64,000 nt of DNA, from the NCBI RefSeq assembly GCF_000497125.1, contig NC_090602.1:930001-994000 (forward strand), given 5' to 3'. The notes beneath the pieces were generated by a model. It made no database searches. It saw nothing but the letters and a program-made list of their open reading frames with translations, and was not told the DNA's origin. Positions 48,093-63,000 of the stretch are shown here, piece after piece. The DNA is from Spironucleus salmonicida. Taxonomy: Eukaryota. Made by a program: the position numbers and the translations under genes. Position 1 is the first letter of the stretch. Every line of letters begins with the position of its first letter.

Positions 48093-51000
48093 ATGTCGCA
48101 AAACGAAGTTAATCAAAGCATGGAAATTGCCGACAATTTTATTAACACGACTAATCTAAGTATATATTATGATACTTTTAATTCATATTATGTTTCATAA
48201 GACATGCTTAAGCCAGTTTTTATAGATGTTCCAGTTTTAACACCATCAAATGATTTAATAGTTGATGGAGAATATTAATATTCAAGCAAAATGCGACTTG
48301 GATATTTATTAAAAGTTAATTTTGCTAACTAGACAGCTATGGTAAAATGCATAATTAAAAATGCACCATAATCTTTATTAATTGGAACTTAAATAATTAA
48401 GTAGGATAATCTTCCATCGTTTATTTATAAAGAAGTACCGTTAAAATAGGTTACTCTATTATATAGTTTTTAGAAAATTAGTTGTTATCCTAAATTTATT
48501 ACTGATATGCTTGATATTCCACCTAATGCTTCAGATTATGAATATTTAAAGACAATTTTTTAAAATATCAAAGGCCAAGATTTCATAGATCTAGTTATAT
48601 TTGTTAAGTATGTAGAATACCTACAATAATTAGGAGAAAAAGATATTTATCCCGATAATGGCGATATAGAAAATTTAGAACCTTTCCATTTTCGAACTAA
48701 GCCAAAAACATTAAATACACATTACTTTCTTTATGAAAAATTACTACCGAAACTTACATAGTAAATGATAGATAACCGAAATTTATTAACGGTTTTACCG
48801 TTTAAATTTTATACTTCATAATTGTATTGGTAAAATACAGTTCAAACTTGGAAATAAAGATAAGAAAAAGATTTATAAATTGAGGAAATAAAGTTAAAAC
48901 TCTCAAATTCTTTAGCTTTATCATTAGTATATATCTAATTTCAATAAACTTTTGCTGAATATATAGAAAGCTTTTTTCAAGCTTTATTAGATAGTATTAT
49001 GGAAGGTTCAGATTGCTAATCTATTATGATCACACTTCTGGAGGAATTAGATGGTCTTATTTCATAAATTATATCTACAGAATAAGTTACACATTCATTA
49101 GCATCTAAGTTATAAATTACATCATAGTGTTAATATAAAAAGGTAAATATTAATATAAAGCTTATAAGTGATGAAATGAAAATAATTAGAGAAGAATTGG
49201 ATATTATTCAATAGTAATCTAATGATTATATTTGCTGTGTTAATAAATCTGAGGATTTCATCTTACCACGTTTTGTTCAATAATTGATTTTAATTATTAT
49301 TAAAATTTTACCTCTGTTTAGTTATCTCATTTCTTATTAACTTTATTTTGAGGTTATTGAAGAGTAACTTAATAAATTTGAGGCTCCAAAATCTAAATCT
49401 CATCATCAAAAAATCAGTATACCATAGTATAATTTTTAGTTTATAACAATTCCTTAAGCATTTAAACTAGTACAATGCACATAATCTAGTGTTTTATAGA
49501 AACTTTTTACACCAGTTATTTCAAATATATTAGAATTCTTAACCTAATAACCACGTACACCATAGACATACTCTTAAAATTAATTTTTTGAGTCTTTTAT
49601 GGCCGAATTAGGGACTATATTAACCAATAAACTGCACGATAGTTTATTTTATTTTATAATTCCACTTAAATTTTAATTAGATATAGTTTAGTCTAGCCTT
49701 CGTTTCCAATTAGATGCAGATCCAAACCGGACAATTTGGTATTTTGAAATGATAATGAATTTACTCTTAGATTTGTTAACTGTTTAATAGTGCTATCTTG
49801 TCAAAGGCATAAACTATTTGCAACCATATTTAACAAATTCCACTATTTAATATTCAGTGGAAACATTCTGCTCATTTAATAATCTACCTGGTGTTTCAGA
49901 GGAGAAATAATTTGAATTAGGGGAAATAGCTAATTTTGAAAATTATATTTCTGCCAATAAGAAACTGTTTTAAAATGATCGAAATATCATTCTGTACTAG
50001 AAGTTATCGCAAGATATTTTGTCAAAACGTTGCAGTATGATGCAAGAATCTATTATTATTTTTACAAACTCGATTCAAAAATTTATTAAATTAGATTAGT
50101 TTTTAAACAACTTTATGAGTTGGAAGCAATTTAATATTACAGCCTAATACTTGAAGCTAATAATTGAAATGGATGTAGTGCCAGCAGAAGGGTTTATTTA
50201 TAACGAAAAGTAGTTAAGCAAATTTATCATTACAAAATTGTAAGCAAATGACGCAAAATTAGATCTATCACCATTCGTTGAACAACTAGACACAATAAAT
50301 GATTATCGACACCTTGTTATAAACCTAAATTAGATGCATTTACACTGCTATTTTATGCAATTTGACATTGGCGACGCGGTTGACATACTTTTGCACCACC
50401 TAAATACGTGCATTGACACAATGCAAAATCAAGTATTGCTCATGATCGTAGAGGTTAGCTAGAAGCTCGCAACGGAGATCCTGCACCTCAAAAATCTCCT
50501 CATAATCGGGTTGTGCTCTCCCGACAAATTCGACGTAATCCAAGCCATTTTGCGCGTCTTCGACTTCCCCACCGTCAAAAAGCTCATTCAAGACATTTTT
50601 GATATCACGATCCACAACATCAACGTCTTTTACTCTCTTTTCTCCAAATACGATCTGGAGAACCACCTCGCAATCGACATCGAGCCGTTCACGAAGATCA
50701 TTTACTCGCCAATTATCGCAGTGGCGCAGTTCGCGCAGGCCCGCAAGAAGGCGGTTTTTGACATTAACGCACAACATGTGCAGTTGTCGAAAGTGCTCAA
50801 ATAGGCCTACAACCAGATGGCGGCAGTAGCCGTCAGGACCGGAAAGTACATCAAGCGGCTCTTTGAGATCGACTATATTGACCTCCAGGATATGGCTAAA
50901 AACCCGCTGAAATTCGCTGAAAAACACGAAATTTTGACCGAAATTTACGAAATTCCGACTGTGCAAATCGCGTGCGACGACAATAATTTGCTGCTCAGTT

Positions 51001-54000
51001 TTCTGCAGGCGCTGGCGAAATCGACGCTTTTGGATATTCGCACAGCGGAGCTGAGCAATGGTGAGCTGCTGCAGAACTTCATGCGCGTGCAGCAAAAGGG
51101 CGAGCTCAACATTGAGGAATTCATCTGCATTTACGAGAAATTTGACTACAAAAACATCCCGATTGGATCGATTGTGCCTCAGCCAGATTTGCGGAAACTT
51201 GTCTCGGAGGCTAAATTCTACACCAAAGAGCTCATTTCCGTATTTGGATTTTTAAAGGGTTTTATCGCATATTTGGTGAAGGTGAATCCGTAGATGAAGG
51301 ACGAGCTGGATTTTAAAAATTTGGCATAATTTCCTTCGTGTTTCTCGATGAACATTTCTGTGAGCCCTTTAACGGAGGTTTTATAGGGGTTGTACGTTTT
51401 GCAGGAATTCCACTAAAAGTACATTACCCAGCCTTTGAAACAATATCCTAGCATACTTTTGCTCTAAACGGTCGAAAGAATATGTTCGTCTATAAATCTT
51501 GTCAGAAAACGGATATAAGAAGGTAAATTTGTATTGTATAATAATCTATGGGACTATAAGATCACTGGGAAATATAAGTCATAGGAAGATTTTATAGCAT
51601 TTACTGTTGTCTATGAGCACTGGCATGATTATCTAATTTTTGCTGAAGATTATGTTCTCAAATTTATTCCATCTATTAGTTTTATTAATTTAATTCAATC
51701 GAAATAATTAAGCAGTGTGCACTATAAGACTCTATCATTGTTTTTGAATATGAAAGAAATTGATTTCACACTTCCTGCATAAAAATATTTTGAAAAGTTT
51801 GAAAATGACAATGTTGTTTATGATATTATATTAATTTTATGGTAGAATGCAACCATAAATTCAACTGCGACTGTTGTATAACAATAGATTTTCAGTTTAC
51901 TTACTTAGATTATAGTTGAAAATACTTTTGTTAACTAAATTTAAGATAAATAAATTCCAAAAGTATCTTTATCCAAACTTAAGAACTAATAATTCACTGC
52001 TTAATCTGAAGTGTTAGTTGATATAAATATTGTAAGTTACGTCGTAATTTTACCTAGTTATGCTGAGACTATGTGTTCTGAATGTTTATCGAGTTGTAAT
52101 TTAATTTTAAATAATATTGGTTATACTGGTAAATTTTAAATATCCACGGATTTATATGAATTTTAAAGACTATAATTGTTTGTTTCGTAGTAATTAAATT
52201 TAACTAAAAACAATTAACTCCCCAGTAAATTTTATAAATTTAAGGATTAATTATAATAATGGAGATTTGACGTAGAAGTAGAATAATTTTCAAGAGATTT
52301 AGAGGCTGTAATATAACTGATTCATATGACAGTTTCTTGTTTAAAGCGCATTCCATTTTTATTATAAGATATGTAAATTGTCTTTTTCAATGGAAGCCCT
52401 ATTAAAGATACAAGCAGATTGAGATAACTAGATGTTAATCTATTATCAGACTCATAAAAAATATCAATACTTCAATGCGTTAAAAGTTGGTAAGATATCT
52501 TACAATCATATTTTCCTAAAGGAATATAAATCAAAATAATTGATTTATGTTTAGATCTAGAATTTTGTGAAAAAATAACTTCCCTAGTTCAAGTAATTTA
52601 GACTATTCATGAATAACTAGTGTATAAATCTGACTAATATATTATTTAAAATTACTCTTAACCGTTTAATTTTTAAACAGGTAAATTTATGAATGATTAT
52701 GCTATAGATTCTGAATTACGAATTGATATTTCTTACGTTTAAAAATCTATTATACCAGTATTAGACGGAAAATAGTACCCTTTAGGTCTACTTATACCAC
52801 AAACCTTACAAACTAAATATTTAATTTTTTCAGCAAGTAATAATCCTATCAAGTACATTTAACCATTGTAAAACGAAGTATTTTATGGGTGCTCAGATAT
52901 TGTTTTTGATGATAAAACTGGCAATATATTAGGTATATAGTCTTTCGACGAAGTTTTAACATTCAGTTAACCCTAAAAATGTCCAAAATCGTTTGTTTAC
53001 TTGTTTGATTTTATTCTACAGTAATCAGGGTCAGAAATTAATTAGAAATGCAAAAATGCATATGATACATTCTATTTATGTATAATCAGTTATAATAAAT
53101 AGCGTTAGGATTAACCACCATTTTATTTGCATGATCTTAATGAATCTTCAAAGTATGATGAACTGCAATCATACTTTAAAGTTTTTGATAATTTTTTGAT
53201 AAATCAGTTGTTTACAGAGATTGTTGTAACGATTAGTACTTATATTTCTCTTAGCTACAAAGATTTATATTAAAAAGCAATTTCAGGAGTAATAGAAAAA
53301 AATGATTTTAGATATATCTACTTTTTAATAAATGATTTAATGGTAAGTGTAGCACTTATTCCAGGTAAACATGATTACTGGCGTAAAGCTATAATTTGCA
53401 AGCTAAAGGAGTGGTAAGATATATTTTAGGATACAATTAATTTATTTTTAAGTAGATCAAATATCAAGATCGTTACAGAAAATCTTTAATTTCCATTTTT
53501 CTTTTATGACTAGTAGTAAAATACAATTGTTATAACTGATTCGCGATAGTCATACACAATGAAAATTGGGAATCATTGGTTAGGACGAGCTAGTATATTT
53601 GATGCATACTTAAAATTAAGCATCAAATAGTTATCAATTTTAGGTAAAATACTACTGGCCTTATCATAAAAGTAATGTATTTTTATGGTGGGATCAACTG
53701 AGAAAAGACATTCTAACGCAGACTAAAACATGCTTATTTTGGCATTATCTAGATTATTATTTAGAAGATTTATTACTGTTATCATTACATAATTTACATT
53801 CACCAAAAATTTAAAGAAAATTAGCATATGCATTGCAGCAGGTTATATAGTCTAAGTTATAGGAATTGAATTTTTGCCTCCTAACCAATTACTAGAGCTT
53901 ATATCATTATCAAATGCGATTAACAAAAATCAAGGTTATCTACCAGGTATAGTGATGGCTAAAGACATCTATAAGGATATAAGTGAATATCAAAAAAAGA

Positions 54001-57000
54001 ATAAATTAGAAACAAAAGGCATTAAAACTTAAATATAGATTATTAATGCTGAGGTATAACATTTTGAATATCCCGGTATCTTATTGTTTTACTTGCCTGA
54101 ACTTCTTACTATTGAAACATCAGTTGAGTTTTAATTTTCAAAAGCTTAGTAATTATCTGAGTAAGAGCTTAAACTAAAATCGTCATTTGCATCTAAGAAG
54201 TAGCGAGAGTAGTAATAAGATTCTAATGTAGTAGAAAATTATGAAATTATTTACCAAACGTCGTAAAAAGCTATTAACCTCAATAATGTATTCTAAAATT
54301 CAGTACTTATTAATATTGAATCAGATTCTCCATTAGCATTATACTCTTCTACATCGCCATAACATGGAAGAGCATTTTATGACATTTCAGTATTTTTAAA
54401 ATCACTGAGTCAGTCATATATTGATTTTACTTATAATGATATCTCTATCATTTATAATAGAGCTAAGGATACAGCAGATAATTTGGCTGTATCGATTATT
54501 ACTTTAGATTTCATACTAAGATAGTCTATTTCACTGGTAAACGATAGTAAATTAAATGCATAATTTCCTACATTAGTTGCATCCTTTGTTTGTGGAGCAT
54601 TCGGGTTAGATAAAAACAATTCATCTATATTATTCCAATTAGCTAAAACCTTTTAATTGTAAATAGATGCCGCATTATGTCATATAGGTATAATCAACAA
54701 AAACTCTACTTAACCATCCTATAAAAAATATAATTTCTAAAGATACTATACTGAGTTTTTATAAAGATATACAAATTAATAATTCTAACATTATGTATAA
54801 TTATTTAGTAGTCTTCATAGCTTACCTTTATAATGTACATTTGATATATTATTATGTTCTGAGTTTCTTAAGTAATAAAAACCTCTATTGCTAGTTACAA
54901 TTCATTATAGTTATTTACGAATATTCTTATCTAGTTATGTTGCTTTAAGGTCATAATAATTATTCTATGTAACAAACGGAGAGCAATTAACATCTGTACT
55001 TAGAGATATGATAAAAATTGATCCATCCCAGCCTAAGCCTTTAATTGCAGTATGCCCTAGTAGTAAAGAAGAATTAATGCAATTAATTGATAAATTATTT
55101 GGGTTCTAATTGGCATATCCTATTATATAAGATGATTATGGCTTACCTTATTATTAGTATGATGTTAAAAATACGCCAAATATTATTTTATGTATAGATT
55201 TAGTTTTGTATAATTATTTGTCACAATTTTAAGTAATGAGAATATTTAATCATAGATAATTATTATTACCAAATATAGAAGGTGCTGAAGGATCTAGAAA
55301 AACATTATTGGCAGGAATTTCGGTTGACCCAATTAATATTTCATAATTAGCTTTAAATTTATAAGATTTATGGATGGTAAATGATAATAATTTGAAGTTT
55401 TAAACTTCCTCACAAGCAGTGTTACTACTAATTAAGTAATATTAAAGCAAAATGTTGTTAAGTACAATAAAAGATGGAATTACCTAGCAAGTATAATAAA
55501 GATCAATTGTGCTGCCTTCGTTTATAAATGGTTTATTTACTATTTTATTTGATTAAGTTACATCATTATTCAATATTGGTAGGTCATATGAAGAATTATT
55601 AATAATTAGAGGTATTCTATACTTTTTCTTAATACGGTTCAAATTTATAACTCCTTAGAAAAGAAGTACATAAAATCATTTTCTTAATTTAGCTATGGAT
55701 TAAATAAATAACTTTATGAATTCTGAGCCAAGAAGAAAATAAATGGTCTCTGATATGATTTCGGATTAAAATACTAGTCTTGGAAATGATGCTATGACCA
55801 GAAAAGTAGCATAAATGTATAGCGAAATTTAACATACTTAAAAGCTTGAGATGGCTAGTAAGAATAATATTACTCTAAATGACGAATAATAAACATTATA
55901 ACCTAAGGATTAGATAAAAATTATAAATGATGGTTTATCTATTAATAGAATGAACGTATAGGAACGTATTAGTCCTTATATAGATGTAGCAGGATTTGTA
56001 CAAGAGGATATGAAAAGTATCGAAGATCATGTTAAATAGTTAACTTCGACAAATAATATTAAGCTAAACTAAGCTATTTAGTTAACATTAGCCAAATTTT
56101 CTGACAAACCAGCATCATCTAAAGGATTTGGAGCTATGGGGAGTTTAAATTTTGAATTAAGTTCATCATTTATTTAAGACTCATTTTTGTAGACAGAATC
56201 AACTAAAGAAGCATTTATAAATTTAATTAAACCAGTAACAGCTGCTGTATGGAATGCTGCATGTTTGTATTTCTTAACAATTACCAATTCAGGAAAATGG
56301 TAATGGTTTACATCTAAAAACGGAATGCAAAAAGTGCTTTAATAAAGATATGACTAATTTAGATAGTAGTTAGAAACTTTAGATAGAATATCTATTTTAA
56401 CTACTTAAAGTATGTTAGGTATGTCAATTCTTATTGCAAACGAAGAAAACTATCCGAGTTTAAATAAAGACTGTCTTAAAGATTTATAATTGCATACCTA
56501 GCTTTCAATCTAAAATATTGATCATAACTTATTGCCAGATGAGGTTAATATATTTGTTAGATAATTATTTTTAACATTAAAAACTACACTTCCCGATTAT
56601 TCAACAGAAAGTTTTACTTATCTTCTCTATTAAGGATCTTTAAATTCGAATAAAGAATCAAAATTTTATCGTTAATTTTAGAGCTAAATAGTATTTTAGT
56701 AATACAAATTAGGATAAGGCATTCTTAAAAATACAACAATTAAGTCAAATAATTATACATATGATCAAGATGTAAAAGAAATATGTAATTAAACAATTTC
56801 ATTTAGATAATAAAAAATGGTTGAAAGAGAAAACCAATTACGATAGGAGAGGAAGAAGAATACCAAAGATTAAGAATCAGACTTATATAATAGACTCAAT
56901 AAGAATAATAGCTAAACACATCAGAACACAGCTAATGATACCCCTTTGAAGCAATAATAAATTAATCCTTATGATTCTGATGAAGAGAATTCATCTCATA

Positions 57001-60000
57001 TTTAGACTAAGAAGTAATTTTCATCAGTTGATTTAGTTTAAGATGAAATGGAGGAACTAGAGTAAATAGATATTTAGTTAGTCCTATAAAGATAGATTCC
57101 TTAGGAAATATTATCAATAGAATCGATTTCCGATGATACTTTATATTTTGACCCTCACAGAACAGCCATTATTGTTACTTTAGCTAGTTGTATGATAACA
57201 CCGGTAACTATATGTTTATCTGGAGAAAGAGAAAGTGGAAAATCTATTTTAATAGATGTTGCTAAATTCGTTGTTAGAGATATATGTGATAGTTCATTGC
57301 TGCTATTAGGAGATCTTTCATCCCCTTCAACTAGCAATTCTATGCGTAGTGCAATTGCATCTAAATTTTCGCTTAGAAATTATTATTTTGCTAGTAAAAG
57401 TAGATACGAGAATGCAAACTTAAGTGATGTTAGTACCCTTATTAAGCTTGAGCATGATGAAAGAATTCTAGATTACTAGTATAATTTGTGTTTCCCAACT
57501 TTCCATGTTCATGCTAGTGATGTTAACGACTAAGAGATATCTAGTTATGTTGTTTAAATATTAAGAGATCATATGATATAACTAGAGGGAGATCTAAATA
57601 ATAAGCTAATTTCCTCTATTTAGATTGATAATTAATATCAGTAACTTTCTGGTGTTGTTACTTTGTCAGATGTTAGTTTCATTATTGAATGCAGTCAGAA
57701 ATCTCCACTTAAATCGCTAGCAGCGGTTGATATTCAGATACCACCTATCACAGAACAATTTATTTTTGATCTTATCAGCTATGATTTTTAAGATGAAAAT
57801 GATAATTGGCTTAAGTAGTTTGTACATGGAATACAACTTGTAAAAACCAGCCTAAACTAAGGGATTCAATCAAATTTTAGAATTATTAAGTAAATTTATA
57901 CCAATAAATTATTAACTTGCTCTGCAGCTTCACATTCTGGAGAAAAACTCATTGATAAGATTAACATTTATGAGTCTAATGGTGTGGAAATCGAGGATGC
58001 AACAACAACCTCTCCCGTTACATAAATATTCAAAAATATGTTTGATAAAGAGCTTAATTAAGTAAACATCCATTCATATTTTTACAGTTTAAGGAAAATT
58101 GACTAAGTAGACCAGCTACAAATTGAAGCCATTGCTGAACGACTTGCCAGCTTATGTTTGCTTGGTAATTTAAAATCCAACGCCTGGTAGCCGAAAACTA
58201 AACAACAATTACTGCAAAAATAGTTTATTTAAACGCCTTGGTCCGACTCCTCTATCTTGTTAGAGCAAAACTTTTCACTCTATCCAGCTTGGGAAACTTT
58301 TATTATCAACGAGTCAATTTTAAATGCTAAACGACCTGGAAATTATGATCCAGAACCGCTGGTTAACCAATTTACGCTAAAAATACAAAATATGTAAAGC
58401 ATAGCAATCCCAAATTCGCTAAACTCTCCACTGTTCTAAATCCCAGGTCTCCAAGTTAAAGAACTGGCAATTTTTTCCAATTACTACCAGCTAAATAGCT
58501 TCTTATTCTTCCATTTTATGGAGATTTATCGTCTCAGAGGCCAATCACACGAACCCTTCCTTTTCACGAAGCTCATTGAAATTTACTTCAGAACAAACTT
58601 GCGAAAAGAGCGAAACAAGGCGCGTTTGTTGTCGATCATGCAGTTTGGCAACAAAATCCGAAATAAAAACAACCTAAGTGGAATTCTGGCGGAGGACGAC
58701 ACGCTGAGCAGCAAATATTACATCCTGGGCCAGGGCTACAAATTCGCTGGCTATCTGATTACAGAATATCAGAAAACTGATATTTCTGTAGAATTACAAC
58801 AGCTAGCAAACGAGGAGAAGAAACTTATGAACAAGCAGGACCTCGCACAGGAACTGTAGAGCAGCAAGGGTAATTTCGGCGGATTTTCGCTGATTTCTGG
58901 CCTCAGCTTGAAGCCGATGAAAGTCTACGTAAAACTCAATAATTCGGGATCAGATTGCTACGAGAAGCTGGTGCTCCAGTACAACAACCTGCTGGGCTCG
59001 CAGCTGATCAATTTTTAACCAAAAACGCAGGAAAACCTCTAGAACAAGCACAAACAGGCAGACAAGTCCAAATTCAAGGTCTACACGCAGGAGGAGATCG
59101 GCCAGCTCTTCGGCGCACAGCCGTTCAGCTCCTTCGGCAGCTCCAAGAACGAGAAGTTCCTGGTGGACCTCAAGGGCATTTACCTGCAGGTCATCAACAA
59201 GCAGCAGGACACGTCGTTTTTCAACGATTTCGAGCTCGAAATCTACAAAAACCTCCTCCAAGTATACAAAATCATCGAGAATTCGCCGGATTTCGAGCTC
59301 AAAAACTCGCAGTTTCTGATCATTTTGGTGCTGCTGCGGATGTGCGTTTGCGCGTCACTGGGGGTCAAAACGGCGGCGGTGCTGCCGAAGAACCTGACCA
59401 AAAAGTCGCAGTTCAAGACCGCGATCGGCTTCGATTTGATCTCTGGCCTGGGCTCGTTCCTGCCCTCGAAGGTGGTCCCGAGCTCACGCCGCATCGCGCA
59501 GCTCCCGTACCAGCTGAGCAGCGCGGGGCAGCTGCGGTCGCGGATCGACGGCTACGGCAGAACGCTGCAGCGCGGCGGCGGGCAGCTCGCGCAGCTGCGC
59601 AACAAATCGAAGCTCTCGAACACTTTCAGCTCCAAATCGACCGTTCACGTCGGCGCTCAGAGCTTCGCAATTCAGTCGCGCACGTCGCAGGTGAGCTGCG
59701 CGGGCACGTACAACGTGCAGCGTAACGTGAGCCTGCCACAGAGCGAGATATACGCGTCATTTTAGGCGCCTTTCAAGGACATCACGCTCGTGCTGCCGAC
59801 GTCGATTTCGTCGTTTAAATCGCCTTCCGACGTGTCGATCTGGACGCTCTTTTCGCGGATTTTGGAGCCACTCTCGCAGCTGCCGACGATTTTCGACTAG
59901 GAGGAGCTCCAAACGGTCATCCAGCTCGCCTCCTTCAACTTCGAGATCGACGCGATAATGGACCAGAAGCTGCTCTCCTGCCTGCTGGCTGCGAACTTCT

Positions 60001-63000
60001 AAGTCATCCTTGTCGACGACTCGCCCACGAACTTTCAGGCCCAGAAACCGCTCAAAATCAGCGATTTCGGATCGATCAAATCGCCCATTTTGACACTAAT
60101 TAACAATTTACCGTAGAAATATTCGGAAATATTGAATTAATATATATAATAATAACAAAAATCGCAGATTAATCAATCAGACAAAATGCTCAAAGCGTTC
60201 GCTGGCGCAAATTCGCGCCAGCAGAACCAGTTCGACCTCTACGTGAAATCGAAGACCGCGCAGTGCAAGAACAACGTTTTCAGCGTCTCCTCGCGCGATT
60301 TGTTGGCCCTTTTCAAGCTCTCGAACTGCCAGAATCTGACGTTCGAAACGCAGAATCTGAGCGATTTGGACCCGCAGTTCCTGCGGCAGCAGTTCGCGAT
60401 TGCGAGCGTTGCGATCTACCAGCACGTCTCGGTTTACTCGGCGCGCATTAACGTCAGCCTCGCAAAATTCACGCAGTTCTGCGCGACGCTCACGAACGAA
60501 ATTTTCGCAAAAATCGACAAGTTCTTCACGCAGAAATTCCTGATTGCGAACCTGCTCAAGTTCTACGCGCTGCTCGCTGAGCCCGTGAAAGCGCCGGTCA
60601 AAAACGTCGATTTGGGCGTTTTTAGCACCGAAACGATCTAATAACAGGTAATGCAGAACCTGCAGAACCAATTGAACGTTCTGAAGCAGAAGAAGCAGAA
60701 CGCGCCGTCGGAGCGCTAAATCCAGCTCCAGACCGCCGCCGGAGAGTCCGTTTTCATCCGCAACTACCTGCACACGATTTCAGAAATCCTGCATGATGAG
60801 CTGCAGAACCAGATTCAGGCCGCTAAGGCAGCGCATTTTAACGCGATTTGCTGTGCTGCAAAAATCCTGTTCAGCGAAATTGACGAAAATCGTGCGTTTT
60901 AGGACATCCTGAGCGGGGTTTTCGGCGACGTCGGCTACAACGTCTAGAATTTGATTAACGAGCTCAAGAGCAACTCGGATATCGATATTTACAACATTCT
61001 GCTAATCTGTATTTTGCGGTCACACGGCATCGATTGTGACCTGCAGATGGGCCATAAGGCCGAAAGCGAGGAAAACATGTACTATTTAGGTTAAAATGCG
61101 CTCACTTTCGGTAAGAATTTGTTCATTTACGAGCTTGCAGAAACGCTTAGTTTGGGGTGGTCGATTTACCAGATTTTGAACGGGTTCAATATTCCCTGGA
61201 AGCCTCATGATCCGGAGTATAGCCAGCTGAACAGCGTGATGCTGAGCTATGTGTGCGGAATTCGGCTGTTTTTCGTTGAAAATGAGGTGGCGATGCCAAC
61301 TTCGGTTTTACTGGCTGCTAAAAATCAGTATAGCGGTGATGACGACCAGCTGATGAATAAGTGCATTTCCAAGGTCTAGCAGATCAACATGAACGATTTC
61401 TAGTACGAAGCAGGCGTTTAGAAGGTCTTAGCTGCTTTGCAGTCGGAAGACAACATAATTCTCATCACGAACGTGACATCGGAGTGCTAGAATTTACCTA
61501 TGTTCCATATTTTGCGCTCTCTGCTGCAGCTACTACAGCTCTCAAAATTTCAAAAAGACTAGTTGTCCGAATTCTTAGGTCACAAATTCACCTCCCCGCG
61601 GTCTTCCAGCGAAATCCCCATCGTACTGGGGTTTGAGGGCAATATCAACGTTTTTATTGAGGACATCGGACTGCCCACGCAGCAGTTCATCGACAGCTGC
61701 ATTTTCATCACTACGAAAGGTACCCAAAATAAGAGCATTCAGTTCAAGCAGAAGTATATCCAATAGAGTCTCATAGAGAACGTTTTTGGCGAAAAGTACG
61801 GAATTCGCACACGAAACGAGGACGTGAAGCTCTGTTAGTGCGTGATTCGCAAGCTGGTGGAGGACACGCTCTCCATCTTCACCGGCTACATCAAGACGTA
61901 CATTCTGAGTCAAATTTACACGCCGCATGAGCTGGCCCAAATCAAGCTCGACAACCACAGCATTCAGCGCATGTTCGCACTGACAGCGCAGGGCGAAATG
62001 ATGAGCAAAACACTCCTTTACAGCTCGTTTTTGGTTAACAAAAACGAAGATTTGAAGCGCGATCTGCAGACCATTATCGACAAATTCAAGCAAATCTCCA
62101 GCAGCCTCGTCACCAAAGCCGCGCTTTTGAGCACCGCGGAACAGACGCAGGACCAGGCGGAGGGCTAGAAAATCAAGTTTATCGAGAATTTTATCGTCAA
62201 AAATCAAGTGCAGCAACTCGCCAGCGAGCTCAGCTACGCGATCGGCTGCACTGGGATTTGGCTCAAGCAGTTCGTACGGCACCACATGCCCGTGCAGTCG
62301 AACACGGAGAGCGACTCGCTACATTTGATGTTCGTCAAGGTAAAATCCGATATGGAGGTGTACAAAACGAAAATCGTTGAGGCGTACAAAGATGTTCCGC
62401 GAGAGAAAATCCAGAAAACGTAGCAGCAGACGCGATTTCTGGTGGACGATTTTCCAATTCTTTACCACGTGAAAAACGACTATATGACGTTCAAAAAGCA
62501 CTTAATTTCGCTATTTCTGCCGTTTTTGAACAAGCGCCTTTTCAGCATTTTCCCGGTCGAATACGCCAACGCGGTGTGGCTGTGCAATTCCCTGCTGTTT
62601 TTAACGCTCACGAACATGATAACGCAGCAACAAGACAACCAAATATCAACTGGCGAATTGGAGGCTTTTATGCGTATTTAGCAGCTGATGAGCAAGGACA
62701 CCGTGCGGCTCATAACGAGTTACCAGCTAAGCTAAACGTTCTCGCAGACGAGTAATTTCAACCTATTGAAGCTCTACAACGAATCACAGTTGCAGAACCT
62801 CTTCACGATCGACAATGTGAAACAAATCATCCCCGAAATCTGCTCAATTTCGTCCTAGCTCCAATTCGCGTGGCTGCAGCTCAACATCATCGCCAGGTAC
62901 TCAAAACAGATGCACCAGTCGATGCCCTGGTTCATAACGAACCATGCGAGCCTTGTCAGCCTGTGCTAGGTCAACAACCCGTTTCTGGGTATCATTTACT

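Noticed and set aside
56405-56430. Spliceosomal intron donor GTATGT (also at 3917, 27951, 46427)
   Set aside because: The reading frames are continuous without splicing and no matching branch-point/acceptor was seen nearby.
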